A stretch of 40,692 nucleotides of DNA from Octopus sinensis (GCF_006345805.1 NW_021835361.1:1-40692); one strand, 5' to 3'. Counted from the first letter of the stretch, positions 1 through 11,049 are shown. The notes: generated from the letters alone by a model not told the origin. Program-made: numbers and translations.

Positions 1-455
1 ATTGTTACTAATTATTAAAAATTAGAAATTGAAGTCTAATCCATGATGAAGAAATATAAATTCTTTAAAAACCTGTTAAAAAAAAAACTGTGACGTAACA
101 TGTGACCTATTGTTAATAATTATAAAATTAGAAATTGAAGTCTAATCAAATGAAGAAATATAAAATTTCTTTAAAAACCTGTAAAAAAGACTGTGACGTA
201 ACATGTGACCTATTGTTAATAATTTTTTTAATTAGAAATTGAAGTCTAATCAAAATTAAAATTAGAAATTGAAGTCTAATCAAATGAAGAAATATAAAAT
301 TTCTTTAAAAACCTGTAAAAAAAGACTGTGACGTAACATGTGACCTATTGTTAATAATTTTTAAAATTAGAAATTGAAGTCTAATCAAAATCAAAATTAG
401 AAATTGAAGTCTAATCAAATGAAGAAATATTATAAAATTTCTTTAAAAACCTGTA
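1..455. repeat. Degenerate tandem repeat, about 115-135-bp unit
   Basis: AAAACCTGT...CTGTGACGTAACATGTGACCTATTGTTAATAAT...AATTAGAAATTGAAGTCTAATC recurs 3-4 times, with internal sub-duplications. Confidence 0.9.
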
Positions 456-1000
456 AAAAAAATTTTGCTTGGTCGGTGTCTGCTGCTTCCAGCTCCACCA
501 GACATACAAACGCTGTGTAGTTTACTCTGGTGTTTAAAATCTTCAAACCAAACCTGCAAGCTATGAATAACTTCTGAATTTTTATCTCCAGCTTCTTCAA
601 CTTATGTCTGAAAATGCTCCTTGCTTTTACCATAAAGATAAGTAGCTTTAATGGCATCTAGTGTAGTATTTCGTCATATGGCAAGCATATCTTCCATTTT
701 TTCTATATAGCAAGCATATCTTTCGTTTTTCCCAAAAATTTACTCCTTCAACGGCTTAGCCACGGTACTGATAACAATAACAACGAGGTCGTCAAGGCAG
801 AAGCTTTTCTTTTTCTCTGCAATTCTCGTGTTGGTTCTAATCGTTGATGCGGCGACACCGTTTAAAGACATAAGCACCAACTCCTGATGTAGCCGAACCA
901 CCCAATCTCGTAATCATTTACAGCTTTATACATCCTGTGTGATGGTTTTCCTCGGAACCTTATATGAACTTTCAGAACTTGGAATTGAAGGCTCCTTTCC
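456..1000 (-). other. Decayed coding-like fragment, origin unidentified
   Basis: One minus frame reads as protein-like over about 160 codons with several in-frame stops (IFGKNERYACYIEKMEDMLAI*RNTTLDAIKATYLYGKSKEHF...). No family recognised. Confidence 0.25.
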
Positions 1001-1147
1001 TTTCATGATGGGTAGCAGGAATAAATAAATAAATAAAAAAAAAAAAGAAAGAAAAGGAAAGGAAAAAAGTGAAGAGAAAATTGCGTAAGCATTTTGGGTG
1101 CTTGTTGTGGGGGTAGGAAAGAATTTCTCATATGCGAGAATTTAATA

Positions 1148-1160
1148 GTGGTGATGATGA

Positions 1161-1194
<34 letters not shown>

Positions 1195-1454
1195 GGTGTG
1201 GTGGTGGTGGTGGTGCTGACTGATGATGATGATGATGATGATGACGACGACGATGATGACGATGATGATGACGATGGCGATCATGATCATGATCATGATG
1301 ATGATGATGGCGATGATCGTCGCGATGATGATGATGATGTTGATGATAATGGCGATGATGATGATGATAATGGCGATGATGATAGTGATGATGATGATGA
1401 TTATGATGATGATGATGATGATGACGACGACGACGACGACGACGACGATGATGG

Positions 1455-1492
<38 letters not shown>

Positions 1493-1588
1493 GTGATGGC
1501 GATGATGATGGTGATGATGATGGGGGTGATGAGGATAGTGGTGATGATGATGGTGAGGATAATGGCGATAATGACGATGATGATGACT
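1148..1588. repeat. Imperfect (GAT)n/(GAC)n/(GGT)n microsatellite
   Basis: Read directly; explains the poly-D, poly-H, poly-I, poly-M and poly-S ORFs. Confidence 0.97.
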
Positions 1589-1827
1589 TCGTATTGCACA
1601 CGTAAATATCAACGCGTGCATGTATCGGCGTGAACACACGTAAATGGATATTGGTAATAACCCGAGTGTGAGTTTGCGTGCATGCTGTGTGCGTGCGAGA
1701 GAGAAAGAGAAAGAAAATGAGAGAGATGCGAGAAAGAAAGAGAATGCGTCTGTACATCTATGTGGCTATGTGTGTATGTGTGCGTACATATAGTATGTGA
1801 ATATATGTATATGTTGATATATGCATG

Positions 1828-1876
<49 letters not shown>

Positions 1877-1889
1877 CATATATAAACTT

Positions 1890-2445
1890 AGATAAACTTA
1901 GATATGTTTCGACCAAAGATTGGTCCAGGCCATGTCTAACTTAATAGCACCACTCATAGGATTATTCGAATCCTTTTAACTCAAGTTTTGTTTAAGTCAA
2001 GTTTTGTTCAAGTAGTGAGTTTTGTTGGGTGAGTTGTATCCAGTTTTGTTCAAGTAGTGAGTTCTTGTTGGGTGAGTTGTATCCAATATGGGTGGCTTAT
2101 CTGGTATTCTTTGAAGGAATCTATCCAGACTCTGTTTAAAGTTGATGGGATCCTTTTCCTCTTTGATCTCCCTCGGGACAATGTAAATAGGGCAGGGACT
2201 GTGAGGGAAAAGAAATTATGTTGCAGTGTACATGTATGTTGTGATCTTGAATTGGGCAGGGGACGTATAGCCGTGGTCCAAGTCTTGGATGAACCTTGAG
2301 CTAATTTTAGGTCGTTTGGGCAAAGTTGGCGGTATATTTTCCACATCGTACAAATGATGTACCGCTCACGGCGACGCTGGAGGGAGTAAAGTTTCAAGGC
2401 TTTAAGGCGATCCCATAATCGAGAACAGCCAGGCGCCTTCAATTA
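1890..2445 (-). mobile_element. CR1/L2-type LINE, 5'-truncated 3' end (frameshifted ORF2 C-terminus plus 3'UTR)
   Basis: WDRLKALKLYSLQRRRERYII..WKI...PN...TLQHNFF is typical of the post-RT region of CR1/L2 elements. Ends in a short tandem tail (ATCTAAGTTT)2. Confidence 0.8.
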
Positions 2446-2492
2446 TTTGGTGAGTGCCCTCATACATACCATACATAATATATATATATATA

Positions 2493-2531
<39 letters not shown>

Positions 2532-2544
2532 ATTATATATATAT

Positions 2545-2699
2545 ATAATATGTTACATTACTCGATAGTCAAGATAAACTCTGAGTTTCAGATGCCGAAG
2601 TGGGAAATAGAGACAGATAACCGAGAGATGGCGTTGTGGATTCCCACTTCGGCCTGAAACTCGAGTTTTATCTTGACTTCGAGTAATGTAACATATTAT
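2545..2699 (+). mobile_element. Fold-back (inverted-repeat) PLE-like stub with decayed hammerhead motif
   Basis: About 60-bp arms ATAATATGTTACATTACTCGA...GCCGAAGTGGGAA / TTCCCACTTCGGC...TCGAGTAATGTAACATATTAT. Contains GATAA-ccgaga-...-GAAA-CTCGAG-TT-TTATC (2616-2672). Related copy at 32300-32432. Confidence 0.7.
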
Positions 2700-2822
2700 T
2701 TTATAGATAAATTTCCTCTATTTACATAAATTGAGGTCTCTTTCTTTCTTTTGTTATCTTACCGTTTTACCATAATATATATATATATATAATATATATG
2801 TTGTGTGTGTGTGTGTGTGTGT

Positions 2823-2864
<42 letters not shown>

Positions 2865-3026
2865 ATTAGAAGAAAGAACCACTTTTATCAATTCAAACTA
2901 AACAATTAAATTACACCATCTAGAAAATTACATATAATAGAAATATTAAAACTAAAATAACAATAAAATACAAATGATTAAGTAAATTGCAAAAAAATAA
3001 TAAAAACGTATATAATTGGTAGAATA

Positions 3027-3082
<56 letters not shown>

Positions 3083-3104
3083 TTATTTATTTATTATTTA
3101 TTCT

Positions 3105-3314
3105 TTGCTTAGTTCAGTCATTTGACTACGGCCAAGCTGGAGCACTACCTTAAGGGGGTTTAGTCGGAGAAAGGCCCAAGGAGTTATTCCTTGTAAGCTT
3201 AGCACTTATTCTATCGGTTTCTTTTGCTGAACTGCTAATTTACGGTGACGTAAATACACTGACATCGATTGTCAAGCGATAGTGGCGGGTAGACAAACAC
3301 AGACACAAACACAA

Positions 3315-3345
<31 letters not shown>
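3105..3345 (-). mobile_element. SINE family B, tail half plus internal (TA)n
   Basis: Matches the tail of the full copies at 8045, 12500, 13155 and 18728 (CAGTCATTTGACT..GGCCATGCTGGAGCAC...). Confidence 0.85.
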
Positions 3346-3348
<3 letters not shown>

Positions 3349-3354
<6 letters not shown>

Positions 3355-3532
3355 GTTTGGGGAGGGTCATTCTCTTTTAGTGCCTCATTATTATTTAACA
3401 CACTCACCGCTTTTATTTCCACTCATCTACTCATATATTTATAGGAAAAATTAATAAAGGAGTGGAAACTTTACTGGTGAGTGTGTTAAATAATAAAGTA
3501 CTAAAAGAGAATGACTCTCCCCAGACACAACA
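3349..3532. repeat. Fold-back element with about 60-bp imperfect arms
   Basis: TGTTGTGTTTGGGGAGGGTCATTCTCTTTTAGT...AACACACTCACC pairs with GGTGAGTGTGTT...ACTAAAAGAGAATGACTCTCCCCAGACACAACA. Confidence 0.85.
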
Positions 3533-3589
3533 GAATATGCTTCAATACACGAACTCACATAAAGAATCTTGCAAACCAAATCCCAAAGG

Positions 3590-3620
<31 letters not shown>

Positions 3621-3915
3621 GTATGCATGTATGTATATCCATATATGGATGTATGTATGTATGTATGTATGTATGTATATATATATATATAAGATATATA
3701 TATATATATATATAGATATATATATATAATATATATATATATACATTACATATACATATACATGCATGCATACATATATATACATACACACACACGAATG
3801 CACGCACACACATATATATGTATATAATGTTTGTTTTTACGTTCAGTTATAGTAAAAACAATTTTAATTTAATTTGATGAGTTATTATTCTACATTTATA
3901 AAGTACCAGTTAATT

Positions 3916-4041
3916 ATTGTTAAACAAGAATATTATTGACAGGGACTTCGAAATTTCAGCCGACTATTCCATCGTCCGATGACGGCTAAGCTTGCCGAAA
4001 CTTCGAAGTCACTGTTAACAGAATTCTTGTTAAAAAACAAT
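3916..4041 (+). mobile_element. Fold-back PLE-like stub with hammerhead-like motif (3971-4015)
   Basis: ATCGT-CCGATGA-C-GGC taagctt GCC-GAAA-CTTCGAAG-TC-ACTGT. The left arm is an inverted copy of the motif's 3' half. Confidence 0.7.
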
Positions 4042-4049
4042 TATTATTA

Positions 4050-4165
4050 TGTATGTGTGTATGTATTTCATTATTCAGTTTATTTCAAGGTTTCTTGCCA
4101 ATAGAAAGAACTGGTTTCTAACCTAGATCCAAAGCTCCTTCAGTTAAATTACAACATCTTCAACA
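4050..4165 (-). mobile_element. (CATA)n-tailed short repeat E, probably a retroelement 3' end
   Basis: GGATCTAGGTTAGAAACC.GTTCTTTCT.ATTGGCAAGAAA..TTGAAATAAA is shared with 18492-18596 and 18628-18727. Followed by CATA repeats. Confidence 0.7.
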
Positions 4166-4337
4166 CGGTTTTTTAGTTTGTGTATATATATATATGTGTG
4201 TGCATATATGTATGTATGTAAGTAAGTATGTATGTATGTATGTATGTATGTATGTATGTATGTATGTATGTATGTATGTATGTGTGTATGTATGTATGTA
4301 TGTATGTATGTATGTATGTATGTATGTATGTATGTAT

Positions 4338-4597
4338 GAGCAGAGTTGCATGTTTTATGTATTCTCATGCATTAAGTTGCATATATAAAGATGCTCATAT
4401 ATATTTGAATAATAAACTTCCGGAAAGTTTTACAGATTTTTACAGTTCCAGTGATGGATTGGATCTGTAGTCTTCGTATTAGCCTTCTCCTTAGTAGTTT
4501 TGAGAAGCCTAATTTCTCAACATTGGTATTTAGGCTATGTGTTACATATTCCAGGATCCCCAATAATCACAAGTATAAACTTGTAATGAACTTAAAA
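4338..4597 (-). mobile_element. R4/Dong-like 3' end, second subfamily (copy b)
   Basis: YVTHSLNTNVEKLGFSKLLRRRLIRRLQIQSITGTVKICKTFRKF is homologous to copy a. The 3'UTR runs into (CATA)n, and a homologous 3'UTR occurs at 18376-18468 (+). Confidence 0.78.
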
Positions 4598-4636
4598 TGT
4601 ATGTATGTATGTATGTATGTATGTATGTATGTATGT

Positions 4637-5397
4637 CCCTTTTATTTTTTAATTATAAATTTTATACTGAAGATGGAAGGCTCCATCTTTGGGATGCAGT
4701 TAACACAAACAAATTCACATTTGGAACCTAAGAAAAGTCTTGCATATTTTTACTGTTCCACTCACAGATTGCACTTGTAATGTACGAATTAGTCGGTCAT
4801 TTTCTCTTTCTGAAGATCCCAGTTTATCCAGATTCTTCTTTAAGCATTTGCTAATAAAACCTAATGCTCCAATTTTAATTTTGATTAGACTTCAATTTCT
4901 AATTTTAAAAATTATTAACAATAGGTCACATGTTACGTCACAGTCTCCAATTACTATTGGTATGAATATGAATTCATAGTTTGGATATAGAAGCCGGGGG
5001 TTTCGAAGCAGTTGTCCATAGATATACTCTTTTTCTTCGGTTTTCAAAGAGATATGTTTATCTTCAGGGCAGCTAACCTCTATGATGTGACATACCTTTG
5101 CCCCTCTGCCCTAAACAACAATATCCGGTCTGTATTATTTACATTTGACAGAAGTTTTGATGGGAATATTCCCCAGTATTCCTTGAGTTGCTGTTTATAA
5201 ATGTATTCTATAATAAAGGGATTTTTAAAGTTTATTTCAGGACAGTCTTTTTTTTGCGGATTTCATGGTAAATTGTTTTAGCAACAACGTCAAGCCGCAT
5301 AGGGAGGTAGTACTGTGACAACATTTTAGGACAGCTGCTAATCACATGCGTGATGTCTTCCACAGAAACATGACGTAGCCTACACATGCTGTTGCAT
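4637..5397 (-). mobile_element. R4/Dong-like RLE non-LTR retrotransposon, 5'-truncated and decayed (copy a)
   Basis: CCHC-type knuckle (CRLxHVSVEDITHVISSC), then RPDIVV...HIIEVSCPEDKHISLKTEEKEYIYGQL (PD-(D/E)xK RLE), FIPIVIG|ALG and QVQSVSGTVKICKTFLRFQM* (stop at 4715-4717). Flanked by (CATA)n. Confidence 0.8.
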
Positions 5398-5517
5398 GAT
5401 GTATGTATGTATGTATGCATGTATGTATGTATGTATGTATGTATGCATGTATGTATTGTATGTATGTATGTATGTATGTATGCGTGTATGTATGCATGTA
5501 TGTTGTATGTATGTATG

Positions 5518-5551
<34 letters not shown>

Positions 5552-5621
5552 TGTATGTATGTGCGTATGTATGTATGTATGTATGTATGTATAAATGTAT
5601 GTATGTATATATGTATGTATG

Positions 5622-5705
5622 CTTGGATATTTACCACTTCCGAAGTTCCGCTTGCTATGAAACATATGTAGCCAGGTTCTTAATTACACAATACCTTAAC
5701 TCTTA
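5622..5705 (-). mobile_element. (CATA)n-tailed short repeat F
   Basis: Homologous to 10270-10360 (CACTTCC..GGTTCCGCT.GCTATGAAACATAT.TAGCC). Both copies run into TACA repeats on the minus strand. Confidence 0.6.
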
Positions 5706-5874
5706 GATTTATATATATATATATATATATATATTACGGAGATGTACTTGCATAGCAAGGGATTTGATCTGAGATCGTGTGCTGAAACGAAGACAATTGC
5801 AGCGTGGAAGGTGTTTATAAGCCATTTAAGAAACACACAAAAGCCGTTCGATTCACTTCAACATTTAAGTTTAA

Positions 5875-5925
5875 TTTGACAAAATATTTTCGTCGCTTTA
5901 AGACCGCGACCTGTTCATTGACAAA
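5875..5925 (-). ncRNA. Hammerhead-like motif with non-canonical core (AUGAACA)
   Basis: TTTGTCA-ATGAACA-G-GTCGC ggtcttaaa GCGAC-GAAA-ATAT-TT-TGTCAAA. Stem I pairs 6/7, stem II 5/5, stem III loop palindromic. Confidence 0.55.
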
Positions 5926-5944
5926 AATCCGTGCTGCATATAAC

Positions 5945-5979
<35 letters not shown>

Positions 5980-6060
5980 TAAGGGTAGAAATTGATATTT
6001 ATCAATTAAAACCAGTGGTCTAGCATATTAAAAAAGAATCCGAAGATTAAAATATTTATA

Positions 6061-6268
6061 TATACCAATTAAGGACTGAACACGAAAAGTGGACAGTCAA
6101 CATGCTAGATATAGACGTCAAATCGCCATTCTCCACAAAGATTATGTTCTCAAATCAAACTGTGCTGAGTTTGATTTGAGAACATAATCTTTGTGGAGAA
6201 TGGCGATTTGACGTCTATATCTAGCATGTTGACTGTCCACTCTTCGTGTTCAGTCCTTAATTGGTATA
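6061..6268. repeat. Near-perfect 208-bp palindrome (101-bp arms, 6-nt loop GTGCTG)
   Basis: 6061-6161 is the reverse complement of 6168-6268, with one mismatch seen. Confidence 0.95.
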
Positions 6269-7065
6269 CATATATATATATGCGGACTCTGCATTTTTTT
6301 CTTTCTCTCCCATTCCCTTTTTCGTCTTTTTTTCCCTCACTTAACTTGTCTCTTCTCTCTCTCTCATTCTTCATTCTCTCTCTCCCTTTCACCATTCTTC
6401 ATGGTCTCCTCGCACCATTCCCCTTCTTCTCTCTCTTCCTCTTGCTCCTCCTCCCCCATTCCCGTCATCCATCTGCGACGATACTTCCGTCATAACTGCT
6501 ATCCTGTTTTGTCGCCCGCCTTGTAAGGCTTCTGGTCGACAAATTTTCCCTCTCTCGTCTTCCACGATAATCCAGCGTTTGCAATACTTTTTTCGTCTGG
6601 CGTTAGCCCTTCTTATCTTGTTCTCCTTGTCCTGGTCTCACTGTTATATATTTTTTTTCCACTGTTATATATATATTTTTACTGTTTATATGTTTGTACT
6701 GTCGTTACCGTCTTGCTTTTTTTTACCCCTCTGCGAAAAGATCTCAGAATTTTAATTGATTTGCTTTTCGCGGGAAGGAATTTTTCTTCGAAGTATACGT
6801 CTCGCTTTTATCCTTCGAAACGTTTAGTAGATGAAATCTTAGCGACTGAAGAAGGGGATTTTTCGTTGTGCTTATTGTCCTGTATCTCTCCTTTTTTTTG
6901 CTTGTCTTGTTCCTTGGTTTGTGTCTATGTGTTTCGTCTCTCTATGTGTTCGACGTCTTTTTGGTGTCCTGTACACATATATGCGTGTATATGTACATGT
7001 AGAGGTAGGTACGTACATATATGTTTATATATTGCATATATTCTATTTTATTAACATATATATAT

Positions 7066-7097
<32 letters not shown>

Positions 7098-7344
7098 GTT
7101 GTGGTGTGGGGTGTGTGTGTGTGTGTTGTATTTATATATATAATATATATATATGTATGTATACATATATATATATATACACACATACATACATACATAC
7201 ATACATACATACATACATACATACATACATACATACATACATGCATGCATGCATGCATCATATATACATACACACATATATACATACATATAAAAAAATA
7301 TTGACTAGAGAATAAACATCAAATTCTAGTCAACGACTTTATAT

Positions 7345-7575
7345 AATACCTATTTCTTTATTACCCACAAGGGGCTAAACACAGAGGGGACAAACAAGGA
7401 CAGACATAGGTATTAAGTCGATTACATCGACCCCAGTGCGTAACTGGTACTTAATTTATCGACCCCGAAAGGATGAAAGGCAAAGTCGACCTCGGCGGAA
7501 TTTGAACTCACAACGTAACGCAGACGAAATACCGCTAAGCATTTCGCCCGGTGTGCTAACGTTTCTGCCAGCTCG
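7345..7575 (-). mobile_element. tRNA-derived SINE family A
   Basis: Head GGCGAGCTGGCAGAAACGTTAGCAC, B-box-like GAGTTCAAATTCC, tail ...CCCCTTGTGGGTAATAAAGAAATAGGTATT. More than 10 copies in the window. Confidence 0.9.
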
Positions 7576-8044
7576 CCGCCTTTATATAATACCACGCTTC
7601 CTTACATTTGATCATATGTAAACATTCCTATGGCCTCCATGGTTGGTGAATAATTATTGCGACTGTTTTTTCAACAAATTTTATTCAACAAAAACAATAA
7701 CAACATGTAACAAAAACATCTTTAAATGATTATTCCGAAGCATATTCACCATCTACTTCAATTACTCTTTCCCGTTTGCTCGGCAGACGGTCAGACCGTC
7801 ATATAAAGACGTTTTTGTTAAATATTGTTATTGCTTTTTTTTTGCTGAATAAAATTGGTTGAAATAATTATGCAACAACCCAATCAAAAGAATATATATA
7901 TAAATTTATATATAAAACACCGAAGGTAAAAAATATATATGCACATAAAAATACAAATATATAGAACGGCCAATCAAGAAAAGGTAAAATACAATCGACT
8001 GAAAATAAGCAAACAAAATGGATAGCCAAAGCAGGTCAGGAGAC

Positions 8045-8490
8045 TACTCTCTTTACTCTTTACTCTATTACTTGTTTCAATCATTTGACTGTGGCCATGC
8101 TGGAGCACCGCTTTAGTCAAAAATCGACCCCAGGACTTATTCTTTGCAAGCCTAGTACTTATTCTATCGGTCTCTTTTGCCGAACCGCTAAGTTACGGGG
8201 ATGTAAACACACCAGTATCGGTTGTCAAGCGTTGTTAGGAGGACAAACACACACACACACACAACTGTATATACACACACACACACATAAACATACATGC
8301 ATACACACATATATATATATACGACGGGCATCTATCAGTTTCCGTCTACCAAATCCACCATTCACAAGGGTTTGGTCGGCCCGAGGCTATGGTAGAAGGC
8401 ACATGTCCAAGGTGCCACAGAGTGGGACTGAACCCGGAACCATGTGGTTCGTAAGCAAGCTACTTACCACACAGCCACTCCTACGCCTAT
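8045..8490 (-). mobile_element. tRNA-derived SINE family B, full length
   Basis: Head AGGCGTAGGAGTGGCTGTGTGGTAAG...GGTTCAGTCCCA (A/B-box-like), internal CA/TA microsatellite, tail ending in (AAAAGAGT)n. Confidence 0.9.
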
Positions 8491-8584
8491 AAATAATAAA
8501 TAACTAAATAACTTTCTTAAAATACATTTTTTAATATGTTTAAAATATAGTTTTTAAAAATATATCAATAGACTAAAAAAAAAC

Positions 8585-8587
<3 letters not shown>

Positions 8588-8651
<64 letters not shown>

Positions 8652-8687
8652 ATATATATATACATATATACATATATATATATATAC

Positions 8688-8734
<47 letters not shown>

Positions 8735-8741
8735 CATATAC

Positions 8742-8776
<35 letters not shown>

Positions 8777-8828
8777 CATATATATACATATAATATATCA
8801 TATACATATATATATATAATATATATAC

Positions 8829-8877
<49 letters not shown>

Positions 8878-8918
8878 ATATACATATATATACATATATA
8901 TATATATACATATATATT
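8588..8918. repeat. (TA)n/(TACATA)n microsatellite
   Basis: Read directly. Confidence 0.95.
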
Positions 8919-9069
8919 ATTGTGAAATAGAAAGATGAATAATCTTGTAGTAGATTAATCAAAAGTTTAACCGATACCTTTAGCAAAAATCACAGCAGTG
9001 AACAGCACGGTTGGAGGTACAACCATCTGGCGTTGCAACCGTGCGTTGGTGCGGATAATTGAAATTAAA

Positions 9070-10060
9070 AATTATTGGTGAATTGAAGAAATGGAGCTGA
9101 ACGCAGATTGAACAGAAATCGTTTTATTTCATTCTACACGTGTTTCGAAAGGCACAAATTACCAAAATCCGATTGAATAATGGGACCATATTGTGTCTTT
9201 CTCTTCAGGAAGAAAAAAGGAAATCCGTTGGAAAAACAAAAACAGAACAGAGGCAGAGCAAAAAACAAATCGAACTGTGCTCCTAAGAGCCCATGGCGAA
9301 ACTGTTTATCAGTTTATGTTGAGAACCGGTGGCTGAAGAATTCAACAGGTCAGGCATCGGTCAAACATGTGGGTGAGGGTGTATAGATGTTCTTTGTGAC
9401 CGAGAATAAAGTTCTGACTATTTAAAGAATATTGGATGTTTTATAAGGGGCGAGAAAAAATCTACTTAGAGACGTGTGTGTGTGTATACTGTTCTATATA
9501 TGTGTGTGTTGGCGTAGGGGTAGAAAACATTTTTTGTGTACGTGTGTGCGTTTGATCGTTCGGCTGTCAGTGGCTACTGCCGTGATAACCGTTGGGTGGC
9601 AGAAAGAAAAAAAATATAAAGAAATTATATATATATATTTTATGTTTTATGTGTGTGTGTGTGTGTTCATCTAAGCCTACCTTGACAAGGAAACCCCCGC
9701 TGTGAAAAAAACAAGCCCCGTTTGTCTTACGGAGTAGTAATTTCCCTTGCAGTGGTTAATTGTAGATATCTTAAAACTATTTCAGAATTTGTTACCAAGG
9801 GCTATGGGTGCCGGTCTTATTTATAAACGCTATTTAAAGGCCAGATAAGTGTAACGCCGCCAATGGGGGCATCGAAAAGCCGACTGTAAGAGCCCGTTTA
9901 CCATCCGGCCTCTGGCAAACAAAATATGGAAGAGTTCGGAGACACAAAGGTTGCACTGTCTTCTGCCCCTATCAATTATTATTCAATCGGATTTGGTATT
10001 TGTGCCTTTCGAAACACGTGTAGAATGAAATAAAACGATTTCTGTTCCTCAATTCACCAA
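9070..10060 (-). mobile_element. Penelope-like element, 5'-truncated, with an inverted terminal copy at its 5' end
   Basis: 9967-9830 encodes GRRQCNLCVSELFHILFARGRMVNGLLQSAFRCPHWRRYTYLAFK*, resembling the C-terminus after a PLE GIY-YIG domain. The 3' repeat carries a hammerhead. 9975-10060 is an inverted copy of about 9070-9180. Confidence 0.78.
9130..9212 (-). ncRNA. Type-I hammerhead ribozyme, core intact
   Basis: CTTC-CTGAAGA-GAAAGACACA (35-nt loop) TGTGCCTTTC-GAAA-CACGTG-TA^GAATG. Stem II pairs 9/10, stem III is palindromic CACGTG, cleavage triplet GUA. Confidence 0.85.
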
Positions 10061-10075
10061 TAATGTTTTATATAC

Positions 10076-10125
<50 letters not shown>

Positions 10126-10150
10126 TATATATATATATATGTATATATAA

Positions 10151-10246
<96 letters not shown>

Positions 10247-10517
10247 ATATGTATGTATATATTCGTATCGCTTGAATATTTATCACTTCCTAGGTTCCGC
10301 TCGCTATGAAACATATTTAGCCCAGATTTTTTTCAACTCCCTTCCATAACTCTTGCATTTATATTCGCATACCTGGCAACGCTGGCTACCAACCGTGAAA
10401 TATAAAATAATTTTTCTCAACTTATCCTACTTCAACACGGATAAAATCCAAATCCTTCCGCCCCCAATAAACCATTATTGTTCCTAAAAGTATATTTTTA
10501 TATTTTCGACAGATCGC

Positions 10518-10793
10518 TTGCAGCTCTCTTTCGTCCTATACCTCTATCCTTGGATATTACATCTATATATCTATAAGCATTTTGTTCGACACGCTAAATA
10601 CTCTAGCAGCTCACGCCCTTCGAAAACTATTTTGTCCCGTACCGAATCCATCACTCAATACTCCATGTTAAATCTGCCTGCCGGAACAGTTTATGATGCA
10701 AGGGAGGTAACAATGGTAAAAGATCTAAGGGAGACAACTTCAGATTTCGTTATATTATCTGATATTAATGCCAACGACCATATTCAAAATTAG
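10518..10793 (+). mobile_element. Possible decayed LINE APE-endonuclease fragment
   Basis: NLPAGTVYD...DFVILSDINA resembles the APE YxPP...ILGDFNA motifs. Weak. Confidence 0.35.
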
Positions 10794-10829
10794 GGTGTTA
10801 AGACTTTCCGCTTGAAATATAAATCAACT

Positions 10830-10945
10830 TCAAATTAAAATAAATGAAATTCAAATTAAAATAAATGAAATTCAAATTAAAATAAATTACATTCAAATTA
10901 AAATAAATTACATTCAAATTAAAATAAATTACATTCAAATTAAAC
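10830..10945. repeat. 21-bp minisatellite (TTCAAATTAAAATAAATGAAA/TTACA), about 5.5 units
   Basis: Read directly. Confidence 0.9.
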
Positions 10946-11049
10946 ATGAATCAAAAATTAAAATATTTGAACTGCGATTTAAATTATATTCACTTCAAAT
11001 CAGATGGAATTTTATTTAGAGTTAATATCCTTTTCTACTCTAGGCACAA

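Noticed and set aside
1003-1757. Poly-D, poly-H, poly-I, poly-M and poly-S ORFs
   Set aside because: These are translations of the (GAT)n microsatellite in several frames, with no splice or coding support.
6800-6860. Permuted hammerhead (TCCTTCGAAACGTT...CTGAAGAAGGGGA)
   Set aside because: Stem I cannot be formed and the stem II register is mismatched.
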